From Eledone cirrhosa (Eukaryota): a stretch of DNA of 64,000 nucleotides. The notes below the pieces were generated by a model that saw nothing but the letters and a program-made list of their open reading frames with translations, did not search any database and was not told where the DNA came from. This document shows positions 50,827 to 64,000 of this stretch, in pieces; the stretch's first letter is position 1, and each line of letters opens with the position of its first letter. The translations under genes were made by a program, and so were the position numbers. The stretch is from contig OZ024740.1 of NCBI GenBank assembly GCA_964016885.1, positions 292,640,001 to 292,704,000 of the forward strand, in the 5' to 3' direction.

Positions 50827-53700
50827 AACTTTGTAACACTAACTTCAAAAAACGTGACAATCACCTGATCAACTATAGATCCGGGGAACACACAAGCCAG
50901 GTAGATTATATCCTTACCAGAAGACGTGACAGAGTGTCTGTTGTAAACACTAAATCCCTCCCCCATGAAGAATGCACCTCCCAACATAGACTGATAATTA
51001 GCGACCTCATAGTCAGGACGAGACGTACTCGACAGCAGAAGAGGACTATCCTCAGGAGAAAAATATGGAAGCTAAAGGACCCCACAGCCAGAAATAAATT
51101 TCAAAGCATATTACTTGATGCTTTCGACAGTAAGGAAGAACATTTAGAGTCGGACAATATAGAGGGACAGTGGGAATTTCTGAAAGCAAACCTGCTGTTG
51201 GCGACAGACGAAGTCTGTGGCTGGAGCAGGCCTGTAGGCAGGAGGAGAGTAACATGGTGGTGGAACAGTAAGGTGGAGGGGTCAATTAAGGCCAAAAAGT
51301 AGGCTTGGAAAGTATGGGGGAAGTAGAGTAGACTATCAAGTGGCCAGGAGGGAAGCTAGGAGAGAAGTGTACTTAGCAAGAAGGGAAGCTGAGGAAAGAA
51401 AGTTCAAGCATGTTCTACAACGCGATGACCAAAAACGTGAGGTGTTCAGGATTGCTAGGCAATGTGTCAAGGAAAACCGTGATATTGTCGGGGAGAAGTG
51501 TGTACTTAACGATGATGGCATACTTGCCATCACCGACACTGATAAGAAGGTAGCTTGGAAGTGTCACTATGAAAGGCTACTAAATGAGGAGAATAAATGG
51601 GAGAAAGACAGTCTCCCCCATATCGACCCAATAGAGGGACCAGCAGTGTTAGTCGAGGGGAGTATAATAAGTAAGGCAATCAAGGATATGAAGACGGGTA
51701 AGGCGGCTGGGCCTTCGGAAATAGTTGCTGAGATGCTGAAGGCATCTGGCACGGTGGGACACACCATGGTCACCCGCATAGTTAACCAAGTCGTACAGAA
51801 TGGGGTTGTTCCGAAGGACTGGCATAGCAGCATCATCGTTAACTGTTATAAGGGTAAAGGAGACGCCCTAGATAGGAGTAACTATAGAGGCATTAAATTA
51901 ATCGACCAGGTCATGAAGGTCACGGAAAAAGTAATAGCGCAACTAATCAGAGAGAGAATTGACCTAGATGAAATGCAGTTCGGGTTTGTGTCAGGCAAAA
52001 GTACCACAGACGCTCTTTTCATAGTACGACAACTACAGGAGAAGTACCTAGCTAAAGGTAAACCCCTCTACTTAGCTTTTGTCGACTTGGAGAAAGCCTT
52101 CGACAGAGTCCCCCGCTCCATTATCTGGTGGGCTCTTAGAAAACTAGGCGTTGACGAATGGCTTGTGAGGGCTATACAAGCCATGTATAAAGAAACAGTC
52201 AGCAAGGTTAGAATTAACAACGAATATAGTGAAGAGTTTAGCGTAAAAGTTGGCGTCCATCAGGGCTCTGTTCTCAGCCCCCTACTATTTATTATTGCCC
52301 TTCAGGCTATAACAGAGGAGTTCAAGACAGGCTGCCCATGGGAACTCCTATACGCAGACGACCTGACACTCATAACGGAATCAATGGCCGAGCTAGAGAA
52401 GAAATTCCAAACATGGAAGCACGGCCTAGAGTCAAAAGGACTTAAAATTAACCTGGCTAAGACCAAAGTTCTAGTTTGTAGGAAAGAAAACAAGGCGGCA
52501 GTCCCTTCTGGGAAATGGTCGTGCTCGGTGTGTAGGAAAGGCGTAGGTAGAAACTCCATTTTATGTCCTAAATGCAAAGTATGGGTGCATAAAAGATGTA
52601 GTGGGATCACAGGTAAGCTAACCAAGAACATAGATTTTACATGTGGCCGGTGTTCTGGTGCAATAAGTAGCAGCAAGTGCCCACAAAATACTAGCTCTTT
52701 CAATTGCGCAGAGGGTTCTATAGAAATAGTGGACAGCTTCCGTTACCTTGGCGATAAAATCAGCAGTGGGGGAGGGTGCTCTGAAAGTACTGTAGCTAGA
52801 GTCAGAACTGGTTGGAAAAAGTTCAGAGAGCTTATACCACTATTAGCTGCTAAAGGGTTCTCCCTAAAAATGAAAGGCAGGTTGTACGATGCCTGCATAC
52901 GAACAGCAATGTTGCATGGCAGTGAGACCTGGGCATTGTGTGCAGAGGATATACGCAGACTAGAGAGGAACGAAGCTTGCATGCTCCGCTGGATGTGTAA
53001 CAGTAATATACGTGAACGGCAAAGCATAAACGAACTAAGGAAAAAATTAGAGATAAGAGGGATCAGATGTTGTTTACTCGAGAGAAGGCTACGTTGGTAT
53101 GGACACGTGATGCGCATGAAAGTCGATAGCTGTATAACAAAGTGCAGGGCAATAAAGATAGACGGTAGTCACGGAATAGGCAGACCTAGAAAAACCTGGG
53201 ACGAGCTGATAAACTCCGACATCACACACTTACACCTCTCCAAGACAATGTCACTGGACCGAGACCTTTGGCGGTACTCAGTAACAGAGAAGACCCGCCT
53301 TACCTACATATATAGTAAAACCTACTCCAGCCAGTAGGCATCTCTAACAAAATACACCCCGTCCCACCACCACTACCCCCACCCCATCCACACCACCCCG
53401 TTCTATGTAAAGTTATGTTGGTGCCGCGCCATCCAGGCTGAAACAAATGAGATCGTGTAGGTGTCACGACAAAAAAACACACAGTCCACGCTGTAATGTG
53501 GCCGTGTAGGCAACACGGTAAAAACCTCCCAGACCCACACTGTAAATGTGGTTGGTGTTAGGAAGGGCATCCAACTGTAGAAAACCTGCCAGACAGTCCT
53601 ATGCGAGCAAGACAATCACTCTTGCCTCAAGTGGGACTACCCCCGTCCAAACCCATGCAAGCGTGGAACACGGACGTTAAACGTTGATGATGATGATGAT
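50827..53700 (+). mobile_element. Young 5'-truncated RTE LINE with an uninterrupted 665-codon RT frame
   Basis: ORF 51340-53337 (QFGF, DLEKAFD, GVHQGSVLSPLLF, YADD at 52351, C4HC3 finger, LRWYGHVMR); partial APE upstream with stop/frameshift near 51300; 3' UTR and (GAT)n tail. Confidence 0.95.
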
Positions 53701-55710
53701 GTTCCTCTTTGTTGATCACCTGGCTCATAAAAAAAACAACAACAAAAAAAACAAATAATACAAACAACTAAAAACAATCTAGTAGGAGAAGCCTCTATAT
53801 CGATTAGTTTAACTTGCTGGAAATAGCAGACAGATCTCCCTAAAATCTCACCTTACATTCTGAATAAAATGAAGTTACTAGATAATTCATTTCTAGATAT
53901 ACTAAAAGAAGGGATAATCTTGGCTAGAATGTCTGTAGTCATAGGTCTGCTTGATCAAAGTTCATCATCATCATTTACATCTATTTTCTATGCTAACATG
54001 AGTTAGACAGTTTGTCCCATTTGAGGCAAGTCCGGTCAAGTGACCATGTCATGCTCATGCTGAACTGTTTCTGGCTTGGCTTCTACGGCTGGATGCCCTT
54101 CCTAATGCCAACCACATTTACAGTGTGAACTGGGTGCTTTTTGCTGTGATACCAAAACGACCAAATTACAATGTAGGCTGGGTGCTTTTTGTTGTGATAC
54201 CAACACGACCGCTTTACAATGTGTGCTGAGTGCTTTTGATCAAGGTACCAACACGACCACTTTACAGTGTGGGCTCGGTGCTTTTTGGGATGATACCAAA
54301 ACGACCACTCTACAGTGTGGACTGAAGAGAAGGGTGGGGTGATCAAGATGTGGGTGGGGTGTTAGGGCATGGGAGGTGTATAGAAGCAGGAGAGAGGATA
54401 GCAGAGGTGCATACTTCATCTTGCGCTAAATTAACAATAACAAGAAAAGAAAGATAGTGGTTTTGATGTTGAGTAACCCTAATTAGTAGTCGATGAATTG
54501 GCAGATTTGTTAGAATGTCATATAGAATGCTTTGTGGTATTTGGTCTGGCTCTCTGCTCTTTGAGGTCAAATTTGCCTTTCATTTATTCTAGGTTGATAA
54601 AAAAGTATCAGTCTAGTACTGGGGTTGATTTTTCCTCTATATCTCTTTCTCACTCCCTGTCTATTCTTCTATGGAAGAAATCTGCTGTACATGGCCAGGT
54701 TTTGAAATGCCCTAGAAATTATGTATGTCAATACTGCGTCCCAATGCCTCCCTCAGGAGTTAAGGATTATACCATATACCAACACTAGTTAGCTCTTCCA
54801 TTGAATTTGGCTATACAAAGTACTGAGTAATATATTAGATATGTTCTATCAAATTTGGGGATAAATGTGATGCCCGTTTTTTCTAAATGAATAGTGATTT
54901 TTTTACGTCAACACAAAGTGACACATTTATGAAGGATTAATATATTGGATTCACCGCAGAGTATTACTGCTATTTATATTATTAAATTAACAAAGTTAAT
55001 TTCCGGCAGGATTTTAGAGATAAAGCAAAATATTATAAGCTATTTAGTCTGGTGCTTTACAATTTCTGTTATTTTTAAATTTACAAAAGACAAAAGAGTT
55101 CTTTGATTACTCTTGGGTCTTGATTACCCCCCACCACCCACTCGTATTCCAACCCCACCTCCACTTATTAAATTTTGCTAATCTATCTCCAATGAAATTT
55201 TATTTTAAGTCGTAGCATTCCTGCGACTAAAAGAGAACATTAGTAGAAATCCCATAGGTTATAAAATAAATATGATGGGTTGGGGTCTCAATATGTAAAC
55301 TAAACAACTAATTCTGGTTTTTAAAACAATCAACGGAGACAACCTAGAAAAATTACCGATTTTCTAACTTATCCGCATATTTCTCCCCACCCCCTGCTTA
55401 TTCCACCCGAGCCCCGCTATTATTTGGCACCTGAGAGTAGCTTGTAAATATTTCATAGGCAAGTATTTCTTGAGGAATTTGAATCCACGAAGTTATTTAT
55501 CTTACCTAAAACGAATGGGGAAATTAAACAAAACAAAGCTAATTGGAACACAAAAGATTTAACCCTTTTGTTACCATATTTCCCATGAAACCTATGGGTT
55601 TCAAATAATTTAAAAAATAATCAAGAAATTAATGGGATTTAGTAATATAACTAAATTTCTCATTACTTATCTGGTGTTTGGAACATACAGGTTCATCATC
55701 ATTCATTTCA

Positions 55711-56035
55711 TTTTACGTCCGCTTCTTCCCTGCTTGCAAGGGTGGGACGGGAACTGATAATGGCTTGATTTCTACAGCTGGATGCCCTTCCTAACACCAA
55801 CCTCATTTACAGTGAGTGCTGAGTGCTGTTTTGCCGTGGCACCTCCACAACCACTTTGTAGTGGAATGATATAGACCCCAGTCCCTATCATCTCATTTTT
55901 ACAGCTGAGTAAACTAGAGCAATGTGAAATAAAGTGTCTTGCTCAAGAAAACAACACATCACCCGGTCTGAGAATTGAACTCACAACCTTTCGATTGCAA
56001 GGCCAATGCTCTAACCACTAAGCCATGTGCCTCCA
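55711..56035 (-). mobile_element. SINE family A copy
   Basis: Same head, core and tail as 13510-13847. Confidence 0.87.
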
Positions 56036-56737
56036 TAAATAAAATTATGATCAAAGCTTTTTAGATAAATAAAAACACTTAAACACTTTTATATTCTGGT
56101 TTCAAGCAGTTTGGTATCAAATAGGTTAATTCAATGAAATGCAGTTATGACTTGATCAAGATCTTTGCAATGAGGAGATGATTTGCGGATATGTAAATAG
56201 AGAATTGAATTAACATTTTTTAATGAAACTAGTTAGATTGTTGTTCTACTGTATCTAATATTTTATTCTACTGTATCTAGTGTAATCGGTAGAGTGTCTG
56301 ACCAAATGCTTTGTGGTATTTAATTATGACCCTTTGCTTTCTGAGTTCAAGTACTAGGGTTGATATCGATTTTTTTTCCCTTCCTTTAAATTGTTGGCTT
56401 GTGCTTAAATAAGAAACCATATATATCATGATGATGACACTATGGTGATAAGTTGTGCAGGGGCTGAAAGAAAATCACGAACACTTGCATGTATACATAC
56501 ATATACATACACACATATACATATACACATATATACACACACATATATATGTGTATATATATATATACATATATATGTGTATATATATATATGTGTATGT
56601 ATGTATATGTATGTTTATATATATATATATATATATATACATACACACATACGTATATACATATATATATACATATACACACATACACATACATACACAT
56701 ACATAATTACACATAGATATATACATATATATATATG

Positions 56738-56781
<44 letters not shown>

Positions 56782-56929
56782 TACATATATATATATATAC
56801 ATATATATACATATATACACATATATATACACACACACATACATGTATATATACATATATACACACATACATATATATATATATATACATACATATATAC
56901 ATATACACATATACATATATATATACATA

Positions 56930-56960
<31 letters not shown>

Positions 56961-57111
56961 GTGTATGTATATATATATGTATATATATGTGTGTGTACAT
57001 GTATATATACATATATACATATACATACATATACACATACATATATATATGTGTATACATATGCATGCGTATACACATATATACACATACATTCATATAT
57101 ACACACATACA

Positions 57112-57143
<32 letters not shown>

Positions 57144-57154
57144 CACACATAAAT

Positions 57155-57207
<53 letters not shown>

Positions 57208-57308
57208 TACATATAATAAATACATACATACAAATATATATGTACACACACACATACATATACATATACATACACATATACATATACACACACACATATA
57301 TATATATA

Positions 57309-57718
57309 TCATCATCATCAGGTCGAGCTTGCTCAGCTTTCTACGACACATTTCCTCCATCCATCTCTGTCTCATAGCGTTTGTCAGTTCTTCCGCAGTG
57401 CATCCAGTATCGTCCTCAAGTTGCTTGACGTATGTCTTCTTGGGACGACCAGCGTTTCTTGCTCCATGAGATGGACTCCATAACAACACATCACCTGCTA
57501 TTTCTTCCTTGCTGCGCCAACAGTGGCCAGCAAATCTGAGTCTCTGTCCACGTATTGACCTGCTGATAGGTGGTATATTGCCATAGAGATCCTTATTTGT
57601 TGGGTGTTCCCTCCAAGACACGTTTAAAGCAGCGCGGAGTATACGTGTGTATGCCTCGTTTAGCTTTTCCTCCAGTTTCGACGTTAGCGTCCAAGTGATA
57701 GAGCCGTAAACAAGCACA
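57309..57718 (-). mobile_element. 3' fragment of an RTE-X-like LINE
   Basis: [12 protein letters not shown]...[24 protein letters not shown]...[10 protein letters not shown]...GRPKKTY; (GAT)n tail. Confidence 0.85.
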
Positions 57719-57998
57719 TGCATACATATATATATATATATATACATATTCACACATATATACACACACACATATATATAAATATATATATATATACACA
57801 CATATATATACACATACATATATACATACAAATACACACATACATACATACAAACACACACATACATATACATACATATGTGCATGTATTTGTATGTGTG
57901 TGTGTATATATATATATGTGTGTGTGTGTGTATATGTATATATATATGTATATGTGTATATATATGTGTATGTATATGTGTATATATATGTATATATA

Positions 57999-58049
<51 letters not shown>

Positions 58050-58309
58050 ATATATATATGTGTGTATATATATATATGTATATATGTATCATCATCATCA
58101 CCGTTTTACGTCCGTTCTTCCACGCTAGCATGGGTTAGACAGGTTGTCCTGTTGTGGGCAGTGTTTGGTTGGCTGACCATGCCTTGCTCATACAGGAACT
58201 GATTTGGCTTGATTTATACAGCTGGATGCCCTTCCTAACACCAACCTCATGTACATATATGTATATATTTATATATATATATGTATATATATATATGTAT
58301 ATATATATG

Positions 58310-58346
<37 letters not shown>

Positions 58347-58406
58347 GTATATATATGTATATATATATATGTATATATATGTATATATATATATGTATAT
58401 ATGTAT

Positions 58407-58437
<31 letters not shown>

Positions 58438-58476
58438 TATATATGTATATATATATATGTATATGTATATATATAT

Positions 58477-59155
58477 GTGAACGGCAAAGCATAAACGAAC
58501 TAAGGAAAAAATTAGAAATAAGAGGGATCAGATGTTGTTTACTCGAGAGAAGGCTACGTTGGTATGGTCACGTGATGCGCATGAAAGACGACAGCTGTAT
58601 AACAAAGTGCAGGGCAATAAAGATAGACGGTAGCCACGGAGTAGGCAGACCCAGAAAGACCTGGGACGAGCTGATAAATTCTGACCTCACACACTTACAC
58701 CTCTCCAAGACAATGTCACTGGACCGAGACCTTTGGCGGTACTCAGTAACAGAGCAGACCCGCCTTACCTAAATACAAAGTAAAACCTACTACAGTCAGA
58801 AGGCATCTCTAACAAAATACACCCTCGTCCCACCACCCCCACCCAACCACACCGCCCCCTTCAATGCAAAGTTGGTGCCACAACATCCAGGCCGAAACAA
58901 ATGAGATCGTGTAGGTGTCACGACAAAATACACACAGTCCACGCTGTAATGTGGCCGTGTAGGCAACACGGTAAAAACCTCCCAGCCCCACACTGTAAAT
59001 GTGGTCGGTGTTAGGAAGAGCATCCAGCTGTAGAAAACCCGCCAGACAGTCCTATGCGAGCAAGACAACCACTCTTGCCTCAAGTGGGAAAACCCCGTCC
59101 AAACCCATGCAAGCGTGGAACAGGGACGTTAAATGATGATGATGATGATGATGAT
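58477..59155 (+). mobile_element. 3' fragment of the same RTE family as 50827-53700
   Basis: [34 protein letters not shown], near-identical to 53012-53700. Confidence 0.92.
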
Positions 59156-59244
59156 ATATGTATATATATATATGTATATATATATGTATATATATATATG
59201 TATATATATGTATATATATATGTATATATATATATATATATAAG

Positions 59245-59296
<52 letters not shown>

Positions 59297-59304
59297 AGTA
59301 TATG

Positions 59305-59397
<93 letters not shown>

Positions 59398-59434
59398 GTA
59401 TATATATATATATGTATATATATGTATATATATG

Positions 59435-59465
<31 letters not shown>

Positions 59466-59566
59466 GTATATGTATATATATGTATATATATATATATATG
59501 TATATGTATATATATGTATATATATATATATATGTGTTTATGTATATATGTATATATATATGTATA

Positions 59567-59615
<49 letters not shown>

Positions 59616-59736
59616 GTATATATATATATGTATATATATATATGTATATATATGTATATATATGTATATATATATGTATATATATGTATATATATATATA
59701 TATGTATATATAAGTATATATATATGTATATATATG

Positions 59737-59767
<31 letters not shown>

Positions 59768-59831
59768 GTATATATATATGTGTATATATATATGTATATA
59801 TATATATGTGTATATATATACATATATATAC

Positions 59832-59862
<31 letters not shown>

Positions 59863-59955
59863 CATACATATATATATATATACATACACATATACATATA
59901 CACATATACATATATACATATACATATATATATATATATATGTATATACATATAC

Positions 59956-59986
<31 letters not shown>

Positions 59987-60013
59987 CATATATATATATA
60001 TACATATATATAC

Positions 60014-60085
<72 letters not shown>

Positions 60086-60174
60086 GTATATACATATATT
60101 TATATATATATATTTATATATATATATGTATGTATATATATATGTATATATATATGTGTATATATATATGTATG

Positions 60175-60205
<31 letters not shown>

Positions 60206-60756
60206 GTATATATATATGTATGTATATATATATGTATGTATATATATATATATATATGTATGTATATATATATATATATGTATGTATATATATATATATA
60301 TGTATGTATATATATATATATGTATGTATATATATATATATATGTATGTATATATATATATGTATATATATATATATGTATATATACATATATGTATGTA
60401 TATATCTATGTATATATATATGTATGTATATATATATGTATGTATGTATATATATATGTATATATATATGTATATATGTATGTATGTATATATATATGTA
60501 TATATATATGTATGTATGTATATATATATGTATATATATAGGTATATATAATAAATCAGGAAAGAAGAGTGACACGGTTTACTATACAAAAAAGGTTTTT
60601 AATCTCATTACTGACAATTGTTACCCTGAACTGGTAGGCCTAGAGATCGCTATTCGCTTATTTTCACGTTACTCGATCGCCAATACAAAGTTATAACCAC
60701 TCAGTTCGTCGGAGCTTGCGAGAATGGACTACATATAACAATAATTTGTTACCCCG

Positions 60757-60790
<34 letters not shown>

Positions 60791-60871
60791 TATATATATA
60801 TGTTTATATATGTGTATCAATATGTATGTATATATGAATATGTATGTATATATGTATATATATCTATATCT

Positions 60872-60905
<34 letters not shown>

Positions 60906-61006
60906 ATGTGTGTGTATATATGTGTATGTATATGTACGTATATATATATATGCATATATATATATGTATGTATATATATATATATATATGTGTATATATG
61001 AACCAA

Positions 61007-61109
61007 TAAGACCCCGACGGCTGAGCTCAATCCGTTTCGACGGCTAATTCTGGACTCTGAGTCCAGAATTAGCCGTCGAAACGGCTTGAGCTCAGCCGTC
61101 GGGGTCTTA
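61007..61109. repeat. 103-bp near-perfect palindrome
   Basis: TAAGACCCCGACGGCTGAGCTCAAtCCGTTTCGACGGCTAATTCTGGACTC-T-GAGTCCAGAATTAGCCGTCGAAACGGcTTGAGCTCAGCCGTCGGGGTCTTA; one mismatch. Confidence 0.95.
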
Positions 61110-61213
61110 CGGGTTCCTATTACCCACTCTACTACCCTAAGTATTGAGTACTTTGGTGCGTTATGGTCCACCTGGTTCCTTACCACATTTCCTTTGTTAT
61201 ATGTGTATATATA

Positions 61214-61286
<73 letters not shown>

Positions 61287-61557
61287 GTGTGTGTATATAT
61301 ATATGTATATATATGTGTGTGTGTATATGTATGTATATATATGTGTGTGTGTATGTGTATATGTATGTGTATATATGTATATATATGTGTATATGTATGT
61401 ATATATATATATATATGTGTGTGTATATATATGTATGTATGTGTATATATATGTATGTATGTGTATATATATGTATATATGTGTATATATAAGTATATAT
61501 GTGTATATGTATGTATATATATGTGTATATGTATGTATATATATATATATATATATA

Positions 61558-63710
61558 TCATCATCATCATCATCATCATCATCTTTCAACGTCCATCTTC
61601 CACGCTTGCATGAGTTTGGACGGGAGTTTTCCCACTTGAGGCAAGATTGGTTGTCCTCCTCGTATAGGACTGTCTGGCGGGTTTTCTACGGCTGGATGCC
61701 CTTCCCAACACCAACCACGTTTACAGTGTGGACTGGGAGGTTTTTACCGTGTTACCTACATGGCCACATTTACAGCGTGGACTGTGTGTTTTTTTGTCAT
61801 GACACCTACACGACCTCATTTGTTTTGGACTGGATGTTGTGGTACCAACATAACTTCACATTGAAGGGGGTGGTGTGGATGGGGTGGGGGTAGTGGGATA
61901 GGGTGTATTTTTGTTAGAGGTGCCTACTGACTGTAGGTTTCGCTTTGTACTTAGGCAAGGCGGGTCTTCTATATTACTGTGTAGCGCCAAAGATCTCGGT
62001 CCAGTGACATTGTCTTGGAGAGGTGTAAGTGTGTGAGGTCGGAATTTTTCAAGTTGTCCCAGGTTTTTTTTGGTCTGCCTACTCCATGGCTACCGTCTAT
62101 TTTTATCGCCCTGCACTTTTTTATACAGCTGTCGTCTTTCATGCGCATCACGTGACCGTACCAATGTAGTCTTCTCTCGAGTAAACAACATCTGATCCCT
62201 CTTATTCCTAATTTCTCCCTTAGTTTGTTTATGTTTTGCCGTTCACGTATATTACTATTACATATCCAGCGGAGCATGCAAGCTTCATTCCTCTCCTGTC
62301 TGCGTATCTCCTCTGCACACAATGCCCAGGTCTCACTGCCATGTAACATTGCTGTTCGTATGCAGGCATCATACAGCCTGCCTTTCATTTTTAGAGAGAA
62401 CCCTTTAGCGGCCAATAGTGGTATAAGCTCTCTGAACTTTTTCCATCCCGTTCTGACTCTAGCTACTGTACTTTCAGAGCACCCTCCCCCACTGCTGATT
62501 TTGTCACCCAGGTAACGGAAGGTGTCCACTATTTCTATAGAATCATCTGTGCAATGGAATGAGCTAGTATTCTGTGGGTACTTGCTGCTACTTATTGCAC
62601 CAGAGCACCGGCCACATATAAAATCTATATTCTTAGTTAGCTTACCTGTGATCCCACTACATCTTTTATGCACCCATACTTTGCATTTGGGACATAAAAT
62701 GGAGTTTCTGCCTACTCCTTTCCTACACACTGAGCATGGCCATTTCCCAGATGGGACCGGTGCCCTATTTTCCTTCCTACAAACTAGAACTTTAGTCTTA
62801 GACAAGTTAACTTTAAGTCCTTTTGATTCTAGGCCATGCTTCCATGTTTGGAATTTCTCCTCTACTTCAGCCATTGATTCAGCTATGAGCGTTAGATCAT
62901 ATGCATATAGGAGTTCCCATGAGCAGCCGGTCTTGAACTCCTCTGTTATAGCCTGAAGGGCAATAATAAATAGTAGGGGGCTAAGAACGGTGCCCTGATG
63001 AACACCTACTTTTACGCTAAACTCTTCACTATATTCGTTGTTAATTCTAACCTTGCTGACTGCTTCTTTATACATGGCTTGTATAGCTCTCACAAGCCAT
63101 TCATCAACACCTAGTTTTCTAAGAGCTCACCAGATAATGGAGCGGGGGACTCTGTCAAAGGCTTTCTCCAAGTCAACAAAAACTAAGTATAGGGGTTTAT
63201 TTTTAGCAATTTGTACTCTGATTAGTTGCGCTATTACTTTTTCTGTGACGTTCATGACCTGGTCGATTAATTTAATGCCTCTATAGTTACCCCTATCTAG
63301 GGCATCTCCTTTACCCTTGTAGCAGTTAATGATGGTGCTGCTACACCAGTCCTTCGGAACGGCCCCATTCTGTATGACTTGGTTTACTATCCGGGTGACC
63401 ATAGTGTGTCCCACCGTTCCATATGCTTTCAGCATTTCAACAACTATTTCCGAAGGCCCAGCCGCCTTACCCGTCTTCATATCTTTGATTGCAACTAGCA
63501 CTGCTGGTCCCTCTATTGGATCGATGTGGAGGAGACTGTCTTTCTCCCATTTATTCTTCTCATTTAGTAGCCTTTCGTAGTGACACTTCCAAGCTACCTA
63601 CTTATCAGCGTCAGTGATGGCAAGTACACCATCATGATTAAGGACACACTTCTCCCTGACAATATCATGGTTTTCCTTGACACATTGCCTAGCAATCCTG
63701 AACACCTCAC
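61558..63710 (-). mobile_element. RTE LINE, 5'-truncated with internal deletions
   Basis: ORFs 63501-63127 and 63093-61969; catalytic YADD mutated to YAYD. Confidence 0.93.
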
Positions 63711-64000
63711 GTTAGGGAAATTAGGCAGTAGAAGTCGCATTGATAGACACATTTTTCAAATGCAGGCGGGTGCTATAGAAGTGGTGGATAGAATCTGGTA
63801 CCTAGGAGATCAGATTAGCATGGGAAGGGGGTGTTCGGAGGCCATAGTATCTAGAATAAGGATGGGTTGGAAGAAGTTTAGGGAGCTGCTTCCCCTGCGT
63901 ATGAAAGGCCGGTTATATGATGCCTGTGTGAGGAGCGCGATGCTGCATGGTAGTGAGACATGGGCAGCAACTGCAGAGGATATGCGACGGCTGTAGAGAA

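Larger units (their letters stand above)
56485..61560. repeat. About 5 kb field of compound (TA)n/(CA)n/(TATG)n microsatellites with embedded retroelement fragments
   Basis: Directly visible; source of all I/Y/M/C/V/H/T-rich ORFs in the track. Confidence 0.97.

Noticed and set aside
56440-61893. Many long I/Y/C/V/H/T-rich ORFs (up to 512 aa)
   Set aside because: Translations of TA/CA microsatellites, which lack stop codons.

Overview
AT-rich, intron-containing animal genomic DNA, most likely an octopod cephalopod judging by its repeat landscape (RTE LINEs, tRNA-derived SINEs, large TA/CA microsatellite fields). Two host transcription units lie head-to-head. (1) AGA (lysosomal aspartylglucosaminidase) is on the minus strand: 7 coding exons from 32362 down to 946, with the last exon not found in the window. 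(2) A plus-strand unit ends in MKKS/BBS6 (4 coding exons, 45400-50512, 588 aa). Upstream of MKKS are two small exon-like segments missed by the ORF track, each holding one complete microprotein ORF (59 aa at 37896-38075; 54 aa at 43676-43840). They resemble, in the same order, the two mitochondrial uORF microproteins of the human MKKS transcript, which suggests an ancient tricistronic mRNA. The intron between the second microprotein exon and MKKS carries two sense-strand minimal hammerhead ribozyme motifs, and two more lie in AGA introns. The rest is transposon debris (DD37D maT, mariner, Chapaev3-like, RTE with PHD finger, CR1, CRE, Penelope-like, SINEs), tandem repeats and microsatellites. 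All homology calls come from manual translation and recall, not from database searches.
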